Shown here piece after piece: positions 17,509 through 26,049 of a stretch of DNA of 40,000 bases (its first letter is position 1; every line of letters begins with the position of its first letter). Under the pieces are notes generated by a model. That model saw nothing but the letters and a program-made list of their open reading frames with translations. It did not search any database and had not been told where the DNA came from. The stretch lies in sequence record MF063068.1. One strand, written 5' to 3'. Made by a program: the position numbers and the translations under genes. The stretch is from Pseudomonas phage Noxifer.

Positions 17509-18111
17509 ATGAACGAAGCACAACCCGATGACGATCTGAGCTACGGGGATCTGATCCTTGGTAGCTCCATGACCGCCATTCTGGAAGCTACTGACGCCGC
17601 AACCCCTGTGATCAATGAGTCCCGTTTCTTGGCTCAGGTATTGCCGCTGCTGGAGCGTCCGTTTTACCACCAGAGCATGGTGGCGTACACCCGCTTTGTG
17701 CACGAGCTGACCAATGCCCTGCGCGTGGTGTCTGACTCCGATCCACAAAAGGTGTTGTTCGAAGTTCCACCGTTCATCCAAACTACCGGTGTTACTCTGC
17801 CGGCCAAGGGTGCACCTACTTCTGACACCACCCTGGGTAACATCTACCGTGAAGGCGATCGCGGTGCTGACGTTAACCGCATGATTGCCAACTTCATGCG
17901 TAGCGTTACCGCCAAGCCGGACTTGCAGAAGACCCTGCTCGATCCTCTCAAAGCGATCCTGGCGCGTTATGGTCGTGTCATGGATATGTCTGATGAGAAG
18001 AACCAGATCGAAACCCAAGCGGCTCCAGCAGGCGCTAACGCAGTGCCAGGCGCGCCGGCAGCTGCTCCTACTCCAGCAGGCGATTCCAGTTTCACCGGCG
18101 AGTACGAATAA
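17509..18111 (+). CDS. Hypothetical phage protein with Ala/Pro-rich C-terminus, 200 aa
   Basis: Complete ORF. Confidence 0.75.
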   Translation: MNEAQPDDDLSYGDLILGSSMTAILEATDAATPVINESRFLAQVLPLLERPFYHQSMVAYTRFVHELTNALRVVSDSDPQKVLFEVPPFIQTTGVTLPAKGAPTSDTTLGNIYREGDRGADVNRMIANFMRSVTAKPDLQKTLLDPLKAILARYGRVMDMSDEKNQIETQAAPAGANAVPGAPAAAPTPAGDSSFTGEYE

Positions 18112-18114
18112 CGC

Positions 18115-19272
18115 ATGAACACGGCCAACTGTAAAAGACCCGGTTGGTTCCGTTGTGCGAGTTTCGGGGATGTCCATCTCGGGCATCCCAATACTCCCAC
18201 GGAACACATCGTCCGCAATCTGTTTGACTACATCCACGAGGATCTGATTAAGGACCTCGACATGTTGATCCTGGAAGGTGACTTGTTGGATCGGTTGCTC
18301 AATGCGGGCGATCCCAATGTGTTCCGTTTCCACGCATGGGCAACGTGGTTGATGTACACCTGTGCTAAGCACGGGACTCTACTGGAGATCCTTGAAGGTA
18401 CTCCATCGCATGACTGGTTCCAATCGATGTACTTCGTCGAGCAGAAACAGAATGCCAACATCCCGGTTGAAATGTTTTATGCCCGTGGCCTGACTGTTCG
18501 TTATATCGAGAAGTTCGATATGCACATCTTGTATGTGCCAGATCACTGCCTGCCGCATCCTGATGACATTCTAAAGGAAGCGCGTTTGCAAATGGCCAAG
18601 CTTGGCATCACACAAGTCGACTTTGCAATCATGCACGGTGCTTTTAAGTACCAATACCCGCAGGTGGTGGTTGAGCCCACTCACGACGAGCAGACTTACC
18701 TTGACATGGTGAAGTACTACATCTTCATTGGCCATGTTCACCAATCGTCTCAGTACGATCGCATTTTAGCCGCCGGTTCTTTCGATCGCCTAAACCATGG
18801 CGACGAGGGGCATAAGGGGTTTTATGACGTCAGCGTTCGCGAGGACGGGGTCAGTCGAATCACCTTTGTCATCAACCACCACGCCAAGCGTTATGATACG
18901 CTGGATTGCCGTGGAGCTGACATTAAAGAGATCAACCATATCGTGCAAACGCACCTTACTGGTCTCCGTCGTGGCAGTAGCATTCGTTTGCGCTGTGCTC
19001 AGGGTGATCCTGCGATCGCGTACGTCGATGTGCTCAAGAAAGAGTACGCCGATTACGAATGGACTAACCCGATAGTAGAAGAAGCCAAGAAGAGCGAGAA
19101 GAAGTCTGTCGCTCAAGTACTGGCCGATATCGACATGTCTGAGTTTGTCCCAATCACCGAACATAACTTCCTGAACCTGCTACGTCCTGAATTGGAAAAG
19201 CATTCGAAGGACCCTGCGCAGATCGAGCGTTGCTTACGTCACGCTGATATGCATCTACTAGAGGCGGCATAA
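18115..19272 (+). CDS. Calcineurin-like metallophosphoesterase, SbcD/Mre11/T4 gp47-like
   Basis: Motifs FGDVHLGHP, LEGDLLD, GHVHQSS and AGSFDR. Confidence 0.75.
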   Translation: MNTANCKRPGWFRCASFGDVHLGHPNTPTEHIVRNLFDYIHEDLIKDLDMLILEGDLLDRLLNAGDPNVFRFHAWATWLMYTCAKHGTLLEILEGTPSHDWFQSMYFVEQKQNANIPVEMFYARGLTVRYIEKFDMHILYVPDHCLPHPDDILKEARLQMAKLGITQVDFAIMHGAFKYQYPQVVVEPTHDEQTYLDMVKYYIFIGHVHQSSQYDRILAAGSFDRLNHGDEGHKGFYDVSVREDGVSRITFVINHHAKRYDTLDCRGADIKEINHIVQTHLTGLRRGSSIRLRCAQGDPAIAYVDVLKKEYADYEWTNPIVEEAKKSEKKSVAQVLADIDMSEFVPITEHNFLNLLRPELEKHSKDPAQIERCLRHADMHLLEAA

Positions 19273-19275
19273 ACG

Positions 19276-20109
19276 ATGATGACCGTCGATCGTGAGGTAG
19301 GGCGTAACTTCCCCCTCAGTATCGGTACGGCGTTAGGCATCGAAGGGTTTGTGGGGATTCACGAGGCGAAGCCCCACCAGCCTGCTGGACACAAGGGAAT
19401 CACGACCCTGTGGATCAACATTCGTACATTGGTTCGGAACTACCACGAGGCTGTGAAGACGGCTAACCGGGATCGAATCAAGTACGACGACGCTGCGCTG
19501 AACCTGCTTGCAGAAATGCAGGCAATCCCCGACATTCTGCGCCACTACAACCGCAATGTTGAAGTGGTCTATTACCATCAGGCGATTGAGGACATTAAGC
19601 AACAGTTCCCGAACGCCAGCTATAAGGCAGTCAAGACTGATGCTCAGTCGGCTGCCAAAGTCTACGAAACCTTTACGGTGCGTCTGCTGTTGGCGGAATG
19701 CTTAAACGCTAACCTGCCAGTCATGCAGATCCGTAGAACCCCACAGCCAAGCCATCAGGTGGCGGCTATCTTAACGCACTATCCCAAGGACCTGTTCTGG
19801 AAAGGCTGTTTTGAACGGTTGTTCCTGTTGGAGTCTCACACCGGTAAGTTGAAGACCTATGTGGACTGGTACACCAAGCTTACTGGCATCAAGACCGACA
19901 ACCCGGTACCGATGAACGAGTTCACGATCCAGATGTTTGGCGATAAGCATTTGTTCGAAGGCCAAGACAACAAACTCAAGGCCGAAGTCAAGTCGATTGC
20001 CAAGGTGAAGAAATGGAATGGCACCACCGCCATGCCTAAAGTAACCGCTGACATCATGGGTAATGGCAGTCCTGCCTTGAAGGAATCGTACCGGAATTTG
20101 ATGTCCTGA
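19276..20109 (+). CDS. Hypothetical phage protein, 277 aa
   Basis: Complete ORF starting four bases after the phosphoesterase stop. Confidence 0.75.
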   Translation: MMTVDREVGRNFPLSIGTALGIEGFVGIHEAKPHQPAGHKGITTLWINIRTLVRNYHEAVKTANRDRIKYDDAALNLLAEMQAIPDILRHYNRNVEVVYYHQAIEDIKQQFPNASYKAVKTDAQSAAKVYETFTVRLLLAECLNANLPVMQIRRTPQPSHQVAAILTHYPKDLFWKGCFERLFLLESHTGKLKTYVDWYTKLTGIKTDNPVPMNEFTIQMFGDKHLFEGQDNKLKAEVKSIAKVKKWNGTTAMPKVTADIMGNGSPALKESYRNLMS

Positions 20110-20197
20110 AATAAATACTTGAACGCACAATAGTACGTGCACACATACCGCCGACTACGTCTTACCGTATGTCATCTCGAAGTAAAAGGATCGATCC

Positions 20198-20950
20198 ATG
20201 AGCCAGCAGCAAAACCGCCCTGCCCTTGACCCGAATATCCTCGACGTCATGTCGAACTGGCTGTTCACCGACCCGGTTCCGGGTGCACAAAAGCGTCCGA
20301 ACTTCCGCGTGAAGGTGATGGGCAACGTCCCACGCATCTCGGTCAAAACCAACGTCGAGAACGACAAGCAATTCGGCAAGATCGACTTCCAGACCGATCT
20401 GGCGACCTGGGGCGCTATCATTGGCCTGGCCCTCGACATGGCTGAAGGCCGTGACGAAAGCGAAGGTTACAACTTCGACTACAAAGACGATTTCCTGGCC
20501 GGCAAGAAGCTCGACCGCGAAATGGTTATCTCCACCCTGCAAATCGGTCGTGACCGTGAATCGGGCCGCATGTACGTCGCCGTGATGTCCAGCGACAAGT
20601 CCCGTCCACGCATCCAGTTCTGGTTCGGTCCTACCAAGTACCACGACATTCGCAACCGCGATGGCAGCCCACTGTCGGCGAAGAAGTTGTCCGAATCGTT
20701 CGCTCGTGGCTTCCTGGGCCCAATCAGCAAACTGGTCGAGCACCTGCTGATCACCCAGTTCAACCCTGACGCGAAGAACGTGGCCAAAGCCATGGCTCCG
20801 GGCGGTGGCGGCGGTGGTGGTAACAACTACCAGCAAGGCCGTGGCGGCAATAACTACGGCGGTGGCGGTGGTAACAACAACTACGGCAACCAACAGCGTC
20901 AATCGGCTCCGGCCAACGATGCTGTCGATTTCGACGACTTCGTGATGTAA
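20198..20950 (+). CDS. Candidate single-stranded DNA-binding protein (SSB-like architecture), 250 aa
   Basis: N-terminal domain, then a Gly/Asn/Gln-rich linker (GGGGGGGNNYQQGRGGNNYGGGGGNNNYG), then acidic tip DAVDFDDFVM. Confidence 0.55.
   Translation: MSQQQNRPALDPNILDVMSNWLFTDPVPGAQKRPNFRVKVMGNVPRISVKTNVENDKQFGKIDFQTDLATWGAIIGLALDMAEGRDESEGYNFDYKDDFLAGKKLDREMVISTLQIGRDRESGRMYVAVMSSDKSRPRIQFWFGPTKYHDIRNRDGSPLSAKKLSESFARGFLGPISKLVEHLLITQFNPDAKNVAKAMAPGGGGGGGNNYQQGRGGNNYGGGGGNNNYGNQQRQSAPANDAVDFDDFVM
20808..20910 (+). repeat. Low-complexity GGY/AAC-rich tract encoding the Gly/Asn linker of the SSB-like protein
   Basis: ggcggtggcggcggtggtggtaacaac... and ggcggtggcggtggtaacaacaac repeated. Confidence 0.8.
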
Positions 20951-20990
20951 GCGACATAAGGCCCGGGAGCTTCGGCTCCTGGGCTTTATA
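20951..20990 (+). terminator. Terminator CATAAG-GCCCGGGAGC-TTCG-GCTCCTGGGC-TTTATAA
   Basis: 10-bp stem with UUCG loop. Confidence 0.85.
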
Positions 20991-21022
20991 ACCTGTCGGC
21001 AAATTGGAGTTTGTTTAAGACA

Positions 21023-21037
21023 TATATCATCTTCGTG
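21023..21037 (+). promoter_or_regulatory. Candidate phage promoter TATATCATCTTCGTG
   Basis: Recurrent motif between terminator and the next CDS. Confidence 0.6.
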
Positions 21038-21068
21038 CATTAAGCCAATAAATAGACCGGGGGTAGTA

Positions 21069-22628
21069 ATGAGACTGACTGTCTCGAAGGTCCAGGGTAC
21101 CGGTTTCGTTGAGGTCACTGCCACGCATAAGGGCTACGATCCTCTGATCTGGGCTGCTGGTGCCTATGGTAAAGTTCGGTTGGCTGATCCAACCGGTGTC
21201 TTCAATGAGATCAACGCATATTGGGAGACCTGTTCAGAAGAGATCCTTGACGCTATCTGGGATTGCTACGTTGGCATTCACGGTGTGACTCGTTCGGTAT
21301 CGGACAGTTTCTACGTGGCGCAGTCCATCCGGTTCTACGTGAACAAGATGTACAGCATCATGCCGATGGAAACGTTCAAGCACTGGCTGCTGCTCAGTGG
21401 TCGTCTGCATGTGCCGAACGAAATCCAAGACAGCATCACGGAAGGTAGTCGCTACACCGATGAAGGTCAGACTTACCTCAAGTCCGACTACATGAATCTG
21501 GCAATCTTCTCATTGGCCATCCGGCCGATGCTGCCGATTTGGGGTGCCTACATCGACCTCATCCAAGACAACCAGAAAGGTAAAGAGCTGGATGCCTTGG
21601 GCTTGATTCTGGATACCGAACTGATCCAATGGCCAACGGGTCTGTCGGTGTTCGATAAGCTGCAACGCTATATCGACGAACGCATCACTGACAACAGCAT
21701 CAGCATGGCCAGCACGTGGAAAGGTCTGGGCTCTTCGGAGATTCCGAAGTTGATCATGGCCAAAGTGATCGTCCGTCGTTTGACGATTGCGGTGATGTGT
21801 GACCCTCAGGCCACCAGCATCATCTCCAGCGTGCACTGGTACATCCGCTACTGCTTGAACCCAGCGGATCGCACCACAGCTGAACGGGTAAACGATAAGA
21901 AGATCGATGCGAAGTCTGGTGAGGACGACGATAAGACCAGCTTCATCGATGCCCACAAGATCAAGAACAAGGTAGTGATTGGTGATGCTACTACGTTCGA
22001 AGAAGATGCCACCCGGCCTGCGCTACTCGCACAAGAAGTAGACCCAACGATTGATCTGGGTTTGCTGGAACAGTGCTTGGCGTGCATTCCTGATGTCATC
22101 GACCATCCGCTTGAAGTACACCAGAAGCGTTTGGCTCAGTGGATCATGGCTAAGGCTTTCAGCCCGAATGCCTATCCGCATATCGAAAAGCCGTACATCC
22201 ATAACCTCGTGGCTACTGCACAGGCGTTGCTGTGGCACTGGGGCTTCATCGACATTGCGCTGATCATGCAGGTCTCGCGTTTTGTAGAAGAAGGGATTAC
22301 CGGCACCAGCTTGCCTATTGCTACAAAGAGCTGGCCACGCATCCAACCCAAGTATAAGGAAGAGCTCAATGCTGCCTACCCGTACTTAAAGCCCATGCGC
22401 CCCCGTCCAGGCGATCAGAACCCCAACGAGCGGCATACTAACTACACAATCATCGCGATCACGAATCTCACGACCGAGATCCGATCCGCTAACTGGGTGT
22501 TTCACGGGCCGAAGGCACTGTGGGATGTCAGTGACCAGCCAAAAGGTCACAACATCATCGCCATGCCTCAACACTTCAAGAACTTACTTACGGACATGAC
22601 CCTGCACCTCGCTAAGGTCAACCAGTAA
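21069..22628 (+). CDS. Candidate fifth nvRNAP subunit (phiKZ gp68-like), 519 aa
   Basis: Position: first of three genes preceding RNAP beta-C, matching phiKZ order 68-69-70-71/73-74; size similar. No sequence motif seen. Confidence 0.55.
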   Translation: MRLTVSKVQGTGFVEVTATHKGYDPLIWAAGAYGKVRLADPTGVFNEINAYWETCSEEILDAIWDCYVGIHGVTRSVSDSFYVAQSIRFYVNKMYSIMPMETFKHWLLLSGRLHVPNEIQDSITEGSRYTDEGQTYLKSDYMNLAIFSLAIRPMLPIWGAYIDLIQDNQKGKELDALGLILDTELIQWPTGLSVFDKLQRYIDERITDNSISMASTWKGLGSSEIPKLIMAKVIVRRLTIAVMCDPQATSIISSVHWYIRYCLNPADRTTAERVNDKKIDAKSGEDDDKTSFIDAHKIKNKVVIGDATTFEEDATRPALLAQEVDPTIDLGLLEQCLACIPDVIDHPLEVHQKRLAQWIMAKAFSPNAYPHIEKPYIHNLVATAQALLWHWGFIDIALIMQVSRFVEEGITGTSLPIATKSWPRIQPKYKEELNAAYPYLKPMRPRPGDQNPNERHTNYTIIAITNLTTEIRSANWVFHGPKALWDVSDQPKGHNIIAMPQHFKNLLTDMTLHLAKVNQ

Positions 22629-22642
22629 CATCGGAGAATACC

Positions 22643-24235
22643 ATGCAGAGCTATACCTTCGGCGATAATACCCAGATCCGGGTTGAGCTGTTCATCATGG
22701 CCCAGACCGGCTCTTATCAAGAGCAAACAATCCGTCCGTTCAAAACCAACGTATCGCAGCGAGTAATCAACTCGTTGCAAGAAGCCACCCAGTTGGGCAA
22801 CCGTCTGGGCGTTGCGGCAGTTAACGCACTGGCCTCGGAAGTCATTCAGCCTTCAGCGAACATCGAAGGCTTTGTGGGTATTCCAGAAGGCTGGCTGAGC
22901 CGTCGCTTCCGTTTCATCATGCGCGTGGTGGAAACCCAACCGTTCATGGCGAACGAGAAAACCATCCGCATTCTGTTTGGCTACAGCGATCACTCCGATG
23001 TATCGCACGGTGGCCTGCTCGATCCGGACAGCCGGATCTACTTCAACTCCGAGACCACGATTCGGGACAAGATCACTCAGGGTGTTAATGGTCCGGTGCG
23101 CCAAGCATTCGTGCAAGCCGCTAACCAGATCATCACCCCGATGCGTATCCTCAATGCTGGCCGTACTGCCGATGCATTGAACACGCACATGATCCGTCCT
23201 GAGGACGTGTTCAACCTGCGTGAAGCGTCGCTGGTCTCCGACATGGCAGCGCAGAACATTCAGGGTGGTATCGACCTGACTTACGATACTCGCGCATTGT
23301 CCGGCGTGGGTGCGTTCCAGTTGTCTCGTCGTCGTGATACCTCGCCGACGCGTTACGTCGCCGACACCCTGGGTTCTTTGCAGCATGCTGTAAAAGAAAA
23401 CCAGATGATGCAAACCGGCTACATCAGCAATAGCTCGCTGGGTACCAACGTGATGTCTGAGGCTGGCGCACGCGCAGCCAACAGCACGGTGAACAGCGAT
23501 GCATTCCTGGCCAAGCTGCGTGACCACGCCTCCTACATGGAACGTGGTTATGTAACGCTCAAGGATCTGATCGGTCTGTTCCCTGAGGTGGGTGACTTCC
23601 AGAACGTTACTCGCTACGCACTGGACGACGGTCGGTCTATCCGTCGTGTAACTCACGCAGGCGACAGTGAGCACTGGCGTGGTGCGGACAAGACCAGTAT
23701 CGCCGCATCCTTGATCGCTCAGGTAGTCCCTGCGATCATGATGGACAACTTCATCCGGAACATCAGTTTCGCGGTGACGAACTCCATGGTGCCGGGTCAG
23801 TACGCCATGACGATCCAACCCGAGCTTACCCGCTCGATCGTGGATGAAGTCGACATGGTCGGCTACATTCAAGAGTTCGAACGTCGACTGGTGATTGACG
23901 CATTGACCTCGATCACCTTCGGCGGTCAGATCCCATTCCACATCGCCGTGATGTCGGACTTGGCGGGTGACTCCATTATCAACATCAGCCTTGACGGCGA
24001 ACCGATGGTCCAGTACGTGGCACCGACGTTTACCGACAGTCTGTTCTCGCCGATGGTATCGACTCACCTCGATGCAGCCATGAAGGTATCCAACGACATG
24101 ATCGCTATCGCGACCGAAGTCTTGGACCTTGGCCAGAACGACGTCAACTTCGCGGTGCAAGCACCAGCCCCGACCATCATGAACCCATCTCTCGCAGGAG
24201 CAGGAAACTATGCAGAAGACTTTGGCCTTCTATAA
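22643..24235 (+). CDS. Phage protein in the phiKZ gp69 position, 530 aa
   Basis: Complete ORF; position only. Confidence 0.7.
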   Translation: MQSYTFGDNTQIRVELFIMAQTGSYQEQTIRPFKTNVSQRVINSLQEATQLGNRLGVAAVNALASEVIQPSANIEGFVGIPEGWLSRRFRFIMRVVETQPFMANEKTIRILFGYSDHSDVSHGGLLDPDSRIYFNSETTIRDKITQGVNGPVRQAFVQAANQIITPMRILNAGRTADALNTHMIRPEDVFNLREASLVSDMAAQNIQGGIDLTYDTRALSGVGAFQLSRRRDTSPTRYVADTLGSLQHAVKENQMMQTGYISNSSLGTNVMSEAGARAANSTVNSDAFLAKLRDHASYMERGYVTLKDLIGLFPEVGDFQNVTRYALDDGRSIRRVTHAGDSEHWRGADKTSIAASLIAQVVPAIMMDNFIRNISFAVTNSMVPGQYAMTIQPELTRSIVDEVDMVGYIQEFERRLVIDALTSITFGGQIPFHIAVMSDLAGDSIINISLDGEPMVQYVAPTFTDSLFSPMVSTHLDAAMKVSNDMIAIATEVLDLGQNDVNFAVQAPAPTIMNPSLAGAGNYAEDFGLL

Positions 24236-25574
24236 TCAGGCACTCCCATCGATGCGTTACGGCGTCGATAAGGAAGGTCTCATCAGCATCACCACCGCCA
24301 CGGGCCAGTTGTCCCCGGCGGAGGTAGAAGGTAAACGTCTGGTACTGCCTACCAAAGCCCGCTTGAAGGAAGGGTTCGGTGATGCATTCCAGGCATGGCA
24401 TCCGTTGTCGGAGACCATGGCGCGTCGTGGGACATCGCCGGTCATGCAACACATGCAGCGCAACGCGCGTGCTCAACTGAGCTTCACCTACATCTACCTC
24501 GCGCAGCAGTTGCTGCGTGTGGCAGCTGATCGTGAACTGCATAAAGAACTGCCACCGACCGAAGACTGCAATGAGTTCCTGAACAAAATGCAGTTGGCCG
24601 ATGACAAGCTGGTCAAGATCTTCGATCGTCTGGTGCAAGCGGCCAGCGAGAAGAAGCGCCTGATCACTCTCTACCTGAAGAATGGCGGCACGTACGCTGG
24701 CAAGAAGGTCAACCGGCTGGCAGTGATCCGCTTCCCGCTGATCGAACTGCTGGAGACCGAGGACAACAAAGTCCTGGGTATCGAGATCAAGCCGAAGCAG
24801 CGTCAGGTGTTGTTGACCTTGCTGCGCACCATCCTGCCGAATGGCGATGACCCTGAGCAGTACAGCGCTGGTTCCAACAACCGTGTAGCGCCGTACTTCC
24901 ATGCGTTCATGACTGCCTACCGTAAGGTGATCGTTCAGCTGAACAAGATCATCTCGCGTTACGGTCAGCCGATGGCATTGCCGGTCAAAGCCTTCCCGAT
25001 GTTCGACGAAGAATACCTCAGCCAGTTCGCTGAGATCTACGACGAGATCCCGTCGCTGGAAGGTAACGAAGGTGGCGTGCATGAAGTAGAAGACGAAGCA
25101 CCGGTCGTGGCAGAACCTGCCAAGATCGAAGTGGCCAAGTCGGCTCCAGCTCAGGGTATTCAGGTCGTGTCACAACCGGGCGTAGCGCCTGTGAGTGCAG
25201 CACCCCTGCGTACCCAAGCGGCGAAGGTAGTAGAAGAAGACACCATCGACTTCGAAGCCTTGAAGCAAAGCATGATGCCACAGCAAGCAGCCTTCGGTAT
25301 GGGTGCCGGTTATCCAAACACCGTTGTTGGTGGTGGTATCGGTGTGGCGCAACAAGGGCATGTGGTGTTGCCATGGCAGCAGCAAGCCGTGGCTAACGTT
25401 GCACCGCAGAACCCGTTCGCAGCAGTAGCCGCATCGCGCACCATGGATCAGAACATGCCATTGTCCAACCCGTACGGGACTGGCTACGGCATGGGTGCAG
25501 GTGTGGGTGTATCAACAACCATCAACGCTGGTGTTAGTTACCAGACCGGTATGGCAGCAAGCTCGCTGTTGTAA
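24210..25574 (+). CDS. Phage protein in the phiKZ gp70 position, Gly/Gln/Tyr-rich C-terminus, 454 aa
   Basis: Complete ORF; 26-bp overlap with the upstream gene. Confidence 0.7.
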   Translation: MQKTLAFYNQALPSMRYGVDKEGLISITTATGQLSPAEVEGKRLVLPTKARLKEGFGDAFQAWHPLSETMARRGTSPVMQHMQRNARAQLSFTYIYLAQQLLRVAADRELHKELPPTEDCNEFLNKMQLADDKLVKIFDRLVQAASEKKRLITLYLKNGGTYAGKKVNRLAVIRFPLIELLETEDNKVLGIEIKPKQRQVLLTLLRTILPNGDDPEQYSAGSNNRVAPYFHAFMTAYRKVIVQLNKIISRYGQPMALPVKAFPMFDEEYLSQFAEIYDEIPSLEGNEGGVHEVEDEAPVVAEPAKIEVAKSAPAQGIQVVSQPGVAPVSAAPLRTQAAKVVEEDTIDFEALKQSMMPQQAAFGMGAGYPNTVVGGGIGVAQQGHVVLPWQQQAVANVAPQNPFAAVAASRTMDQNMPLSNPYGTGYGMGAGVGVSTTINAGVSYQTGMAASSLL

Positions 25575-25579
25575 GCCGG

Positions 25580-25612
25580 CATAAGGTGGGGCTCGTAAGA
25601 GCCCCGTCTTAC
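25580..25612. terminator. Hairpin GGGGCTC-GTAA-GAGCCCC between convergent genes
   Basis: Perfect stem at 25588-25605. Confidence 0.75.
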
Positions 25613-25977
25613 GCTTCTTTTTGTTTGTTGAGATAAAGCGTACGGATGGATTCGAGTAACCCACCATCCGGTAACAGCAGGGTCATGCCTGCTACAGGAG
25701 CTGCCAGTTCAGCCACCTTACGCCCAAACTCATGTGGGTTATGGAACCCGTTCATGCGCATGATGATCCAGTGGATGTCATGCGATTCGCCACGAGCAGC
25801 CAGATAACCAAATAGGTTCCCTTCAAACTGCCAGAGTTCGTTAGCCTCGACTTGTATCCGCCGGGGGTTGGTGTTCTTGAGGATGTTCAGGTGGGTTTCC
25901 AATTGCTCTCGGAAAGCCGGGGTGTAATAAACGGAGTCCCCCGAATCAGCAAGAGACGCTAAAACCTTAAAGGCCAT
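25609..25977 (-). CDS. Hypothetical phage protein, 122 aa (MAFKVLASLADSGDSVYYTPAFREQ...)
   Basis: C-terminal section of the track ORF 25609-27690 (-). The rest of that ORF is antisense to RNAP beta. ATG at 25977 with upstream GAGGG. Confidence 0.65.
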   Translation of the reverse strand: MAFKVLASLADSGDSVYYTPAFREQLETHLNILKNTNPRRIQVEANELWQFEGNLFGYLAARGESHDIHWIIMRMNGFHNPHEFGRKVAELAAPVAGMTLLLPDGGLLESIRTLYLNKQKEA

Positions 25978-26007
25978 GGGGTATAACCCTCTAAAAGAAT
26001 TTGAACC

Positions 26008-26022
26008 TATATCATGTTCGTG
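26008..26022 (+). promoter_or_regulatory. Candidate phage promoter TATATCATGTTCGTG
   Basis: Recurrent motif; overlaps the track start 26014. Confidence 0.6.
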
Positions 26023-26049
26023 GATAGACCAAATAAAGAGGCTGCAACA

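Noticed and set aside
16981-18372. 463-aa minus-strand ORF
   Set aside because: Antisense to three tightly packed plus genes with good RBS spacing.
22853-25082. 435-aa and 301-aa minus-strand ORFs
   Set aside because: Antisense shadows of the gp69- and gp70-position genes.
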